64,000 bases of DNA. Origin: a virus. The stretch spans positions 28,568 to 92,567 of the IMG/VR virus record IMGVR_UViG_3300033149_003931. One strand, given 5' to 3'. Made by a program: the position numbers and the translations under genes. This document shows positions 49,767 through 59,636 of this stretch, piece by piece. Below the pieces are notes generated by a model. It had not been told where the DNA came from. It did not search any database and was given only the letters and a program-made list of their open reading frames with translations. The number at the start of each line of letters is the position of its first letter. Position 1 is the first letter of the stretch.

Positions 49767-49778
49767 GAAGTCTCCCCA

Positions 49779-50051
49779 TTATTTTTCTATTTTAGTAAAA
49801 GTACCTCTTAGCACCACACCATTATTAAACATAATATAACCTTGACCCGCCTGACCATGACCACAACAGGCAAACTTTACTCCGGGTAGAGTACCTAAAC
49901 AAGCGTCATGACCTTCTTTGGTTGGAAATTTTTGACACTTAGGACAGAGCCTTTTTTCTGAGCAATCAATAGGTTCATGATTATCAGAATACCGCCAGAC
50001 TCTCTGGCCCTTATCAAAATAAATAGGATTTCCGTGAAGTAATGCTGTCAT
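49779..50051 (-). CDS. Cys-rich phage protein
   Basis: CPKC..HDACLG..ACCGHG. Confidence 0.6.
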   Translation of the reverse strand: MTALLHGNPIYFDKGQRVWRYSDNHEPIDCSEKRLCPKCQKFPTKEGHDACLGTLPGVKFACCGHGQAGQGYIMFNNGVVLRGTFTKIEK

Positions 50052-50758
50052 TAGAAATAGTCTTTCCGTATTTTTAATAAAAAGTCATTCACTTTTTCAG
50101 GATCGGCTTTATGGTCACATAATGATAAGATTGATTTAGTCTTTGCCATTAAACATTCTGCCAAATTGATTATATGCCCCATATCGAAAGACTCTGTCCC
50201 ATATTTAATTCTTTCAAGTTCTTTTTTAAAGGCGGGATCTACAACTTTTAAACTAAATTTTCCATAATGTAATAAATCCCAAAGATTATATAAAGTTCTT
50301 AAATAAGCAACAGCATACTTACGGGGCCGGTCATCTTTTTTATCTAACATTTTCTTTCTCTGATTTAGGCCATATCCAGTGAAGGCATTAAAAGCATCTT
50401 GAGGATTCCAAACATATGGAAATAATCCCCGGAGTTCATCACTTAATTTTCGAAGACTTAAATCTTCTAAAGGATTATCAGGTGGAGTATGTATAGGAAT
50501 CTTTGGTGCCATAAAAACTTCGAGAATAGTTGGATTACATCTTAAAGCTAAATGAAGAAAATGACCTATTTCATAAGTAGTTTGATCTTCTTTGCCTTCT
50601 AACCAATGAGATCCTTTATATTTATAACCAAGAGAAAGTACGTCCTTTGTAGACTCAACATACACCCCGCGATAATCATGATCAGAGTCTTTAGTATGTA
50701 GTCCATGGGCCCTGCTGCCAACCAGACATTTAAGTATTAATGATTTATCTTCTTTCAT
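50051..50758 (-). CDS. RlaP-like Pol-beta nucleotidyltransferase
   Basis: VGSRAHGL..SDHDYRGV..NPTILE. Confidence 0.8.
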   Translation of the reverse strand: MKEDKSLILKCLVGSRAHGLHTKDSDHDYRGVYVESTKDVLSLGYKYKGSHWLEGKEDQTTYEIGHFLHLALRCNPTILEVFMAPKIPIHTPPDNPLEDLSLRKLSDELRGLFPYVWNPQDAFNAFTGYGLNQRKKMLDKKDDRPRKYAVAYLRTLYNLWDLLHYGKFSLKVVDPAFKKELERIKYGTESFDMGHIINLAECLMAKTKSILSLCDHKADPEKVNDFLLKIRKDYF

Positions 50759-51104
50759 ATTCTAATAGCTCCATTTCAAAATGTTCAACATCTAAACGTT
50801 CTGTTAATACTGGCTGAATTTTCCCTCTGTAAATTATTTCATAACAAGCGGGTTCCCTTCTTACACACTCTCTCCACTCATCCATACAAACAATATCAAA
50901 TTCTTTACCAAATAAATTTCTATAAAGACTACAGGGAATGAATTTCACTCGGCTAAATGCCGGTTTACGTCCATAAGAATATTCTAAATCACGAGCATGA
51001 CTACGTGAAGGACAAAGAACAATCGCATTTAACCACATAACTGTTTCTAACAGGCGCTCTGTTTTGCCCGAACTGGCTGGGCCTAATAAAAGTTTTGGTT
51101 TCAT
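50745..51104 (-). CDS. Miniature P-loop protein (terminase/SF2-like ATPase core)
   Basis: GPASSGKT; IVLCPS..A; GKEFDIVCMDE within 119 aa. Confidence 0.55.
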   Translation of the reverse strand: MKPKLLLGPASSGKTERLLETVMWLNAIVLCPSRSHARDLEYSYGRKPAFSRVKFIPCSLYRNLFGKEFDIVCMDEWRECVRREPACYEIIYRGKIQPVLTERLDVEHFEMELLEYERR

Positions 51105-51116
51105 TATTACTCTCCT

Positions 51117-51500
51117 TTAAAGTAATTTTAAATGACCAGTGATTACATCAATTATTTTACTATCTGCTGGGCCTATTGCCACGGCTGTTTCTGTTGGTAT
51201 ACCATTAAATTCTGTTTTACCATTATCAGTTATTAAAGCTGTAGGAAGTTCTGAGTCAAGAGCTTTTTGATAGACCCCCAATAAAGCCTCTTTTGAATCC
51301 ACACTCACACAAATTTTTGTAAAGATACCCTGAATCCATTCTAATTCTTTGGAATCAATGTGTATTTTTATAAAGTTATCGTATGGCATAGGGTCATAGA
51401 TACGATTAAAAAATACAGCCATAGAGGCATGTGCTCCTTGAGCAATCATTTTACCTTTACGCATATTCAAATCTTTTCTAATAACAATAACTTGTTTCAT
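51117..51500 (-). CDS. pth2: Peptidyl-tRNA hydrolase Pth2
   Basis: KQVIVIRKDL.MRKGK..AQGAHA; DNGKTE; AIGP; TGHLKLL. Confidence 0.95.
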   Translation of the reverse strand: MKQVIVIRKDLNMRKGKMIAQGAHASMAVFFNRIYDPMPYDNFIKIHIDSKELEWIQGIFTKICVSVDSKEALLGVYQKALDSELPTALITDNGKTEFNGIPTETAVAIGPADSKIIDVITGHLKLL

Positions 51501-51778
51501 TAAATTTTTCCCGTAATACTAAATCTAATAAAAATTGGCAAAAGTTTAGTTACTTGTTTTCGAGTTAAGTGCATACGAGTATTACATAAAGTATTTTGGG
51601 GTAACTGTAACGGTATCCACCCTTTCGGCGGTCTTAAAACTCTCGGGTTTGTCTCATCACAGCCTAACCAAATACAGCTCTGGGTCGCTAAAGAAGACTC
51701 TTGAATAGAGCAGGCTACACCATAATGATCTTTAAATCGCCTAACATTAAAACCTCTGGATGTTTTTTCTAATTTCAT
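51500..51778 (-). CDS. Conserved phage hypothetical protein
   Basis: RGF..CSIQESSLA..IWLG..RMHL. Confidence 0.6.
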   Translation of the reverse strand: MKLEKTSRGFNVRRFKDHYGVACSIQESSLATQSCIWLGCDETNPRVLRPPKGWIPLQLPQNTLCNTRMHLTRKQVTKLLPIFIRFSITGKI

Positions 51779-52473
51779 TCAGTTTGTCCCTTTGGTTTTT
51801 CGTCATCCTCGATTGTTTTTTTAAACAGTCTCCCGGAAGCCATATGATAAATAATTATTCCTTCAGGATTCATAAACCCCGGAGCGACTAAGCTTCCCGC
51901 ATCTCTTAACTCTTCTAAAACACAGTGAATTTTTAGCGTATCAAACAGTCCCCTCCATAAAACAGGGGCGGCCCCACAACAAGCTGGACGTATTTCGGGA
52001 TTTTCCCAGCGTTTAACATTAAATAAGGCAAATCGCTTTTCTTGAAGCCCATAATTCCGTTGAATACCTTTGCCATACCACTCACCAAAATGTCGGCCTT
52101 TACCTAAATCAATGAGTTCTTTGGCATTTTCTCTAACCCAACTTGCAAAACCATAATTATCAGACTCAAGATTTAACCAACGCTTACGAGAACCCGCGAA
52201 AACATATAAATGATAATCCGGCGTAATCTCTTCCGCATAAAGACAATAATTAATAATGAAGTCAGTTACCTCAGTATCCTTTTCTACCCTGTCTGGTAAA
52301 AATATTGCTTCAGGATCATTATTGTCAATGTATTCTGCAAAGTCAGTATTATCAAAAATAACGACTTGCCCATTAGTACCATCAATTTTTTCTGTGACCA
52401 CAATGTCCCGGCTTAACCGAGGTATCTTTGAGAATTTTTGAAAATTTAACATAGCCCCGATCTCCTTACACAA
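51775..52473 (-). CDS. RNA ligase (Rnl2-like)
   Basis: TEKIDGTN, GSR, FGEWYG, EGIII. Confidence 0.85.
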   Translation of the reverse strand: MCKEIGAMLNFQKFSKIPRLSRDIVVTEKIDGTNGQVVIFDNTDFAEYIDNNDPEAIFLPDRVEKDTEVTDFIINYCLYAEEITPDYHLYVFAGSRKRWLNLESDNYGFASWVRENAKELIDLGKGRHFGEWYGKGIQRNYGLQEKRFALFNVKRWENPEIRPACCGAAPVLWRGLFDTLKIHCVLEELRDAGSLVAPGFMNPEGIIIYHMASGRLFKKTIEDDEKPKGQTE

Positions 52474-52898
52474 TTAGAATTGGTTAAACAATCTTTTCCA
52501 CCAAGAAAGTCTTCGGATCTTAACTTTCGTGTTGTAATTAGCGGCTGTCCGGGTCGTGTTAATTAAATAATTATTTCTGGCTATCCAATATTTATTCTTT
52601 TCTTCTACAGCTTGTTGAACTATACGTTTGACCGCAGCCTTAGACATATTTATTAAATCAATAAACATATTCCTATCATCAACAGGTACTAGAAAAAACT
52701 CTGACCGTCCGTCTGGCCGGACAACTTCTTCTACCAGATACCGAATATATTCATACTCTACAAACTCTTCTAGGATAGCACCGTCTTCAGGTAAACGAGT
52801 AAACGCCCTTTCGTCTTTTAGTTTAAGTAATCTCAAATCCTCTTTAGGTTTCTCAAGAAACCACGGTGTCTTTTGAATATCAATCTTAATTATTTTCA

Positions 52899-53237
52899 TT
52901 ATACTGTCCTGTTTGTTTTGATTAACTGTATCACTACTCTTTCCTCACCGTTAGCATAATCTATTGAAATAAAATCCTTCAATAATGGTTGTGTACTAAA
53001 CTTAGCCAATATCTTTTCCCGGCCAAGAAGTTTATGTGTAGCCCAACGATGCCAACCGTCTCTAATTACATAGCGACCAGTTCGAAGTTTTGCTACCTTA
53101 ATTGGTGGAAAACTACCCTTAGCTAAACCATAAGTATATGTGCCCGCTATAATATTAGCAAACTCTAAAGTTTTTTCATCTAATGGAATTCTATCCATAT
53201 CAATAAGATTAAGTGAAATTTCTTTTTCAACTCTCAA
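52899..53237 (-). CDS. ParB/Srx-like protein
   Basis: PPIKV..YVIRDGWHR. Confidence 0.65.
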   Translation of the reverse strand: MRVEKEISLNLIDMDRIPLDEKTLEFANIIAGTYTYGLAKGSFPPIKVAKLRTGRYVIRDGWHRWATHKLLGREKILAKFSTQPLLKDFISIDYANGEERVVIQLIKTNRTV

Positions 53238-53748
53238 AACATTAACCTCTGACTTTTAATTCATTGTTAAGAGCTTCGATGGTCTGATTTGCCTCCTTAA
53301 GCTTTCTTGAAATATCAGACAGAAGCACAGATAAATTATCTTGCCGGTGTTCCATAATCCCTAACTTATCCTCATACCAAGCAATTAATTCCCCTGTATT
53401 TGGTATTGTTTTTAAACGCTGTGGACATGTAAATTTTTTACTTATAATATTCTCCGAGTTAATGTTTGCTGGAATAAAAATTAATCTCCCTGTTTTTGTA
53501 TCTTTAAATACCATAATTAATAACTTAATCCATTTTTTACCGGACACCAAGAAGGTATACCCTTACTTAAACGGACATTCCGTTTCCACGTTTCATACCA
53601 TACACTTTTATACGGGATAACTCTATCAAAACAATTGAAACCTTTTTGCTTGACGGTCATTGGATGATTACAGCAGGGTTTCGCTCCACCCGGAGTAAAA
53701 GAACCCGTATGGTCGTTATGTTTACAATCACCACAATGTTTTATGTCA

Positions 53749-53880
53749 ATAGTAATTTTCATCTAATTTCTCGATTCTTGCAAGATCCCTTTGAACGCAC
53801 TCTTTTAAAGCTTCTATATTAAACTTTGCCAAGATCTTCTTCGGCCCAGCAGTTTATGGGGGCCAACTATGACGACAAGA
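53749..53880 (-). pseudogene. Degraded paralog of the ParB-like gene
   Basis: HSW..HKLLGR..KILAKF recoverable across two small indels. Confidence 0.6.
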
Positions 53881-55006
53881 GCTTATTTTTTCTACTTTGG
53901 TTCTTAATTTGTTGGAATTCATAGGAAATATTTTTAAAGGGCTTCTCATATTCGGGCCGGATCATCTTCCAAATAATATCTTTATATGGTTTTCCTCTCC
54001 ACATAGCAAACAATACAGAATGATAACGATGTTTCTGAATTTTTTTCGCGGTTTCACTAAGTATACCATATTCTTTAGCCTCTGTCAAGGTGGGTAAATG
54101 ATAAAGTAGAGTTTTGCAGAGCCCCATAATAAGATCATATTCTTTTTTTAATTTATCTGTCTGATCCTTCAACCAAGCATAGAATTCATTCGGTACTCTA
54201 TCAATAATTTGATCTATTGGTTGATTATTTCGAAGTAATGTCCAAATCGTTTTTGTACTTACTCCGGTAAGAATTTTGTGGAGTCTGACATATTCTGCAA
54301 ATTTAACCTTAACCCTAAAATTTTCCTTTGTTTTTAAAACAAAACCCTCTTTGTTATCCGCTTCGGGTAATTTTAGTTTAGAAAAAAATCCATAATGCAC
54401 GACAAGGGGAATATTATAGGAATCAGCAAACTTTTTCATTCTAGCATACGACCACTCATTACCCGTTTCTTTATGAATTACCGCTAATAAAATTAAATCT
54501 CTACGATCCCCATAATTTACGACTATTCGATTCTTCGGGTAAATGATTTCCCATAAAAAAGTATATTCAGATGACCAAAGAGCTAAGACAGACTGTTTAA
54601 AACTATCAAACTTTTCTGTGAGTATTTTTTCCGCTTCTTTAGCTTGTTCACTTTCAAAACTTCCTCGGGTAGCAATACACAATTTTCCATTAACATCTTC
54701 ATACATAATACCTAAAGACCCATCAATTTTATCAAAAACCGCCCAAGACTCATTCTGTCTTACAGGTAATGGGCCAAGAAAAGAATTCTCCGCGTATTCT
54801 CCATAATTAAAGAATTTCTTAAAAGGACGGGCAACAATATGCCCTTTACCATCTAAAATTAATCCCCGGCAATTACGGGTGGCCTCGTTCCAAAATCTCG
54901 CATATTGAGTCTTTGCAGTATAATTGTAAATAAAATAATCCTGCAAAGGGTGCTTTCTTTTAGTAATATAACCCTGTTCAATAAGTTTTTGATCAATTTT
55001 TATCAT
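53867..55006 (-). CDS. rnlA: RNA ligase 1 (T4 RnlA-like)
   Basis: CRGLI, KFFN, KIDGSLG, ATRGSF, EGFV, RVKVKF..Y. Confidence 0.9.
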   Translation of the reverse strand: MIKIDQKLIEQGYITKRKHPLQDYFIYNYTAKTQYARFWNEATRNCRGLILDGKGHIVARPFKKFFNYGEYAENSFLGPLPVRQNESWAVFDKIDGSLGIMYEDVNGKLCIATRGSFESEQAKEAEKILTEKFDSFKQSVLALWSSEYTFLWEIIYPKNRIVVNYGDRRDLILLAVIHKETGNEWSYARMKKFADSYNIPLVVHYGFFSKLKLPEADNKEGFVLKTKENFRVKVKFAEYVRLHKILTGVSTKTIWTLLRNNQPIDQIIDRVPNEFYAWLKDQTDKLKKEYDLIMGLCKTLLYHLPTLTEAKEYGILSETAKKIQKHRYHSVLFAMWRGKPYKDIIWKMIRPEYEKPFKNISYEFQQIKNQSRKNKLLSS

Positions 55007-56049
55007 AGAAGTCTCTTATGTGTTAATAAACTCCACTTTCATTATTACCAGCATTTGGAGAGTCAAAGCCGGGCCCGAGATCCTCAAAACTAAGTTCTTG
55101 AACATAAACATGAAAAAGCAACAGACCCAATTCTGATCCCATCTTTAAAGTATTCACGTATCTGTAATCTTCTGGGATTGCCTCAGCAATTGGATCATCT
55201 GTTTGAACAATATAGACACCGATCTTATCTATTTCTGGTTCAATATTCACCCTTGCAAAATTTTCTTCTTCTGATTCTTCAACCTCAACAATTAAAACAG
55301 CTGATCCATCTAACTTAACAAGAGCATTAACAATATTTGAACCAATTGGTAAATTAATCTCTTGAAAATTTATGGGATTTATTTTGAATTCGCGAATAAT
55401 CATTTAATATATCCCGCTTTCTTTAAATATAACCACATTTTTGCTAAAGCATTACTTAACTTTTTCTTATCCTCCTCTTCAAAGTCTAAATATGCACATA
55501 TAAAATTTTCTTTATCTTTTCCACAATAACTATTGGGTGGTAATTCTTTCAATATTTCATCAGAAATTGGAGCCGAGCATTGTATATTATTTTCTCGCAC
55601 TTTATAATTGTTAGCCCATAATCGAGAAACAATTTCATCAGTATATTCGTCGATTAATGGATTGCCATATTTATACCAAACTTTATCGGTATCTTGTGGA
55701 AACCCATTCTCTTTCAACTCTTTAGCTAATTCTAAATCAACACAAAATTCTTTCATCCCACCACCTCTTCTTTAACCTTTGTTCCATCAAAATGGCATAA
55801 TTTTTCCTGAGCCGCATCTATTGAGTTAAAAGAAGCCCGATACCTCATGACCGAATCATCATACCATACATCATACCATCCAGCAAAAAGACTATGGTTT
55901 TGAATAACATACTCTACTCTTTTATCAACGGTTATTCTTTTAATAATTCTTGCGTTTTTCATTAAATTCTCCTTTTAACCCATCCGAGGTTTATTTATTC
56001 GGCGAAAACCTCTTCCTAGATTTTTCCTTCCGACACTTTGGATATAATT

Positions 56050-56661
56050 TCATTTTTGTTCCCATACACCAAGCCACCCATTTTCTTTTACATAAGGTTT
56101 ATACTTTTCTTTTAAACTTTGCATTTCTTTTTCCGCTTGATTATCTATATCAGACCAAATATCATGATAGATTGTGTCATAGCAATTATTTGGGGCATAC
56201 TCAAACACATCCGCATTAACAACCGCAATATGTCTTGGTAATCCTAACTGAGACCAAATTAAGTCTATAATTTCCTGTTCTTTTTCCAATATTAAGATAG
56301 AGTTAACCCGGGCTAATTTAGACAGTATTAATGGCATAATACCTAACCCTAAACCCCCAATTAAAATATCCCCTTTAGCTTGACTTATAAAATCAACATT
56401 TGTAAAAATTTCACAGGGTGTATCTGTCATTATGTATTCATCATCTTCACATAAATAAGTATAGGTACCGGGCCGTAAATCAAAATAGGTTCTAAAATTA
56501 AACCCAAGTAATACTCTATCCCACTCAAGCTTGCAGTCTGCAAGAGTAGCCTCTCTATACTTAATGGAAAATCTCTGGCCCTTACGCTCTTCAAGTATCT
56601 TGTGCATAGAAGCAATATATTTATTCCCAAGTCTAATAGCTTCGCATTTTCTTTGATTCAT
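56050..56661 (-). CDS. Class I SAM-dependent methyltransferase
   Basis: MTDTP; GGLGLG; ILEK; YHDIW; start revised to MNQRK (ATGA overlap). Confidence 0.75.
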   Translation of the reverse strand: MNQRKCEAIRLGNKYIASMHKILEERKGQRFSIKYREATLADCKLEWDRVLLGFNFRTYFDLRPGTYTYLCEDDEYIMTDTPCEIFTNVDFISQAKGDILIGGLGLGIMPLILSKLARVNSILILEKEQEIIDLIWSQLGLPRHIAVVNADVFEYAPNNCYDTIYHDIWSDIDNQAEKEMQSLKEKYKPYVKENGWLGVWEQK

Positions 56662-56777
56662 CGAGTAGACCCTCTCTTTTGAATATTCTCTCGTAATTCT
56701 ATAAACTGACAATTATCAAAAGTATAATCTCCCTCATTATCTTTTCTATCACTCATAGAGTCCACATAGCGTTTCAT
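56658..56777 (-). pseudogene. 39-aa in-frame remnant of a WFRD-family HNH gene
   Basis: MKRYVDSMSDRKDNEGDYTFDNCQFIELRENIQKRGSTR. Confidence 0.7.
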
Positions 56778-57310
56778 ACCTCATTACCCCAAACATCCCA
56801 ACCATCTGTTTTTTGTCTTGCGAATAATTCTATTCTGGGCAAATCTCCAATTAAGTCAACAATTCTAGTCCTAACAATATCCGGCTTTTTCGAATGACCC
56901 TCTATAGGCGTATCCACTACAGAATGAACTGCCGCGCTTATTCTTTTTGGTTTTCCTTTTGTCGCTATTAAACAAACCTCAGCATTAGCCCTTGTCCAGC
57001 TACCCATACCCCAAAACCAAGATGGACTCTTTTTATTCCTTTTAACCCAAGTAAATCCAACAGTCTTATATTCAAAACCCCAGCGTCTTATTAGATCCCA
57101 ACACTCGTTTAATTTAGGCATAGTAACCCAAAGAAAGAGAATACAATCGTCATCAGCTAAATCCTTAACGGGAAGATTATCTAACCACTCGTTACTCTGT
57201 ACTTGATATTTACAACCAGCGCCACGATTACCTGCGAGAGCCTTGTCTTTGTAACTCCATGGCGGATCTGCATAAATGATCTTATATTTTTTATTAGGAA
57301 ATGGTATCAT
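56774..57310 (-). CDS. MT-A70-family adenine methyltransferase
   Basis: YADPPW, LFLW, WGF.YKT, HSKKP, ELFAR. Confidence 0.9.
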   Translation of the reverse strand: MIPFPNKKYKIIYADPPWSYKDKALAGNRGAGCKYQVQSNEWLDNLPVKDLADDDCILFLWVTMPKLNECWDLIRRWGFEYKTVGFTWVKRNKKSPSWFWGMGSWTRANAEVCLIATKGKPKRISAAVHSVVDTPIEGHSKKPDIVRTRIVDLIGDLPRIELFARQKTDGWDVWGNEV

Positions 57311-57319
57311 GTTAAACCC

Positions 57320-57784
57320 CTATTTGTAAAATTCCAATCTTCCAATGATTACAGTCAACTCTTTATGCCATACCTGTCTTTTTTCTTCCGGTGTTTTAAA
57401 AAATATTGCGCCATCAACAATATCAGGAAGCTCATCAAGACTCTTAGCAAACCACATAGCTGGGTCAGCACACCGGGAATCTTTAAAAATTTTATTTCTA
57501 TTTGGGTGTGTTAATCCATAATATTGATTCGGCTCAGTAACTACTTCATAAGCCGTTAATAGCCGCTGATCCATTCTGTTCTTTATGGTCGAAGCGACAC
57601 CCATCATTCCCTGAGCACCCTCTGAGCAGGCTTCAGCAGAGATTGTTTTTGCAATTATTCTGTGTTTATTATCAATTTCACCAGTAATTAAAGGCATAAT
57701 AACTTTTACAAAACCAATGCCACTAAAACAAAAAATAACAATCATAAATATAAAAACCTGAAAAAATTCATCCAAATATTTCAT
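57320..57784 (-). CDS. SleB-like cell-wall hydrolase with N-terminal anchor
   Basis: TISAEA..VASTIKNR..PNQY..GAIFF. Confidence 0.75.
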   Translation of the reverse strand: MKYLDEFFQVFIFMIVIFCFSGIGFVKVIMPLITGEIDNKHRIIAKTISAEACSEGAQGMMGVASTIKNRMDQRLLTAYEVVTEPNQYYGLTHPNRNKIFKDSRCADPAMWFAKSLDELPDIVDGAIFFKTPEEKRQVWHKELTVIIGRLEFYK

Positions 57785-57982
57785 ATCAATACTCCGGGAT
57801 TCCTTTTGTTTTATCAGATAGAATAATATCTATCCAATCTCTTTTTGAACTGGAGAATCTTTTAATAGCAATCTTTTCCGCGGCATCTAAATTTTTGGCA
57901 CAGATAACTTCTTTATTTATCGCCCCCTGATTCTTATAGCGCCATGTAACAATAAAATTTATAAGTTTCATTCCGGCTCCTC

Positions 57983-58018
57983 AAACAGGGATAGCCAAGT
58001 TTCCCTGACTATCCCTAT
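57983..58018 (-). terminator. Intrinsic terminator
   Basis: AGGGATAGTCAGG-GAAA-CTTGGCTATCCCT followed by GTTT. Confidence 0.65.
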
Positions 58019-58044
58019 AGATTCATAAGAACTGTTTTACAAAA

Positions 58045-58779
58045 TTAAAATAATGGATCAACGATGTGAGCTAATACGCCTTTTTTGTTAGCTCTGATAA
58101 ACTTCTTATAAAGGTAAGCACCCATTTTTATTCTTTCTTCTTCAGTGATATATCCCCGAGCAAAAGACTCTTCAGTAACATCCATCTTATATTTATAGAT
58201 AGAATATTGAGCATCTTTTGAGAAACCAACGCCACCAAAAGGTGTAGTGATCTGTGCTGACGCTGTGCCAGCCAAAGGTGTGGTTGAGGGTGGCGCCATA
58301 TAAACACTGTTATCCTCTGATACTGAATTATCTGTTAAGGTCACATCTGTTGCTTGACCCTGCTTGTTACTGGCATCTTGAGCCTGTGCTTGACGATTAT
58401 TGGCTGACTGAGCCTGTCCTTGATTGTTCTTAAGCAAATTCACATTAACATCCGTCGTGTCAACATCAACGTCATTCTTTACCTTAACATCATTTTTGAT
58501 TTTGTTTTTGATGTCATTGGCGTTGAAATTCGCATTTAAGTTCTTATTCACACCAACAACCGTATTTTTGTTTGTGTTCTTGTTCTTACTGATTCCGACA
58601 CCCACCCCGACCGCGCCCGCATTGGCTTCAGAGTTTCCACCCTTGTTTGTGGTGTTGTAATTGTGATGAGTGCTGCCGTTTTGGTTTGAACCATTACCGT
58701 TTGAATTACCGGCAAATACTGGACTGCATACAACTAAACCTAACATTACCGCGATTATAATTGCTCTCTTCATTTTCAT
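58045..58779 (-). CDS. Secreted Asn/Gln-rich low-complexity protein
   Basis: Signal peptide ending PVFA; NxNxN and QxQxQ runs. Confidence 0.65.
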   Translation of the reverse strand: MKMKRAIIIAVMLGLVVCSPVFAGNSNGNGSNQNGSTHHNYNTTNKGGNSEANAGAVGVGVGISKNKNTNKNTVVGVNKNLNANFNANDIKNKIKNDVKVKNDVDVDTTDVNVNLLKNNQGQAQSANNRQAQAQDASNKQGQATDVTLTDNSVSEDNSVYMAPPSTTPLAGTASAQITTPFGGVGFSKDAQYSIYKYKMDVTEESFARGYITEEERIKMGAYLYKKFIRANKKGVLAHIVDPLF

Positions 58780-59636
58780 TATCTCCTTTTAAATTATCAA
58801 TTTATATTTAACCTAGAAAATCTTTATCCGCGTATCTCATAATGTCGAGCCTCCTTTCAATAACCTGCGGTAAACACGCATATGAACCTCATACACTTTG
58901 GGCATGTGACTACAGAGTTCTTTTATTTTCTCTTCAGTCCGTTCTGTGCCCCATTTTTGAAAGCATCTTCGTAAGGCCTCTTCTGCCAGAACTTCCGAAA
59001 TACTAATGTATTGAGCCCTTTCAACCTCTCTTATCTTCTTGACTTATGATCGTCAATCATCTTAATAACTTCATTAGCTTTATGACAACCCATTGATCCG
59101 CGCAATTTCGCATCTAAAGATTTCTTTGAATCTTCGCAACGGTCATCCTTTGAATTTGATAATCTTTGTCTTGCATAATCTGATTCGTTCATGTCCGCAT
59201 ACTCCTTCTTCCATGTCTTTCGAGATTACGTGTTGAAAACATAAACCAGATAACTCTGAGAAAAACTCCCATACCTACCAACCAAATCCATAACTTTACC
59301 GGAAGCACAATAAATAAAACGATTACAATAACACATGCTGCAATGAATTCTAAAATTGTGGTCAGTGTTTTCATTCTAAGTCCCTTCCCTTAATATCAAT
59401 GATGTTTTGAATTTGTTGTTCCATTTGAGGCGTAGATTCTATTGGTAAGCCTAAAGCGTTTCTGACCTCCTCTACATTAATCTCCCTCTCCGTAACCCAG
59501 ACACCACGATTACCATCCGCGTCATCGCCATATAGGTAGTTAGAGGCGGAAACAGAAACATCAGCATAAAAAGTTTCCTCAATGTCCCCAATAAGGAGAG
59601 TAAATTCTAAATTATTAACGTCATATGTCCAGTTTG

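Noticed and set aside
53749-53820. ECVQRDLAR as a mimic of Pnkp KCIERDLKR
   Set aside because: It aligns with the tail of the ParB-like paralog, so the resemblance is probably coincidental
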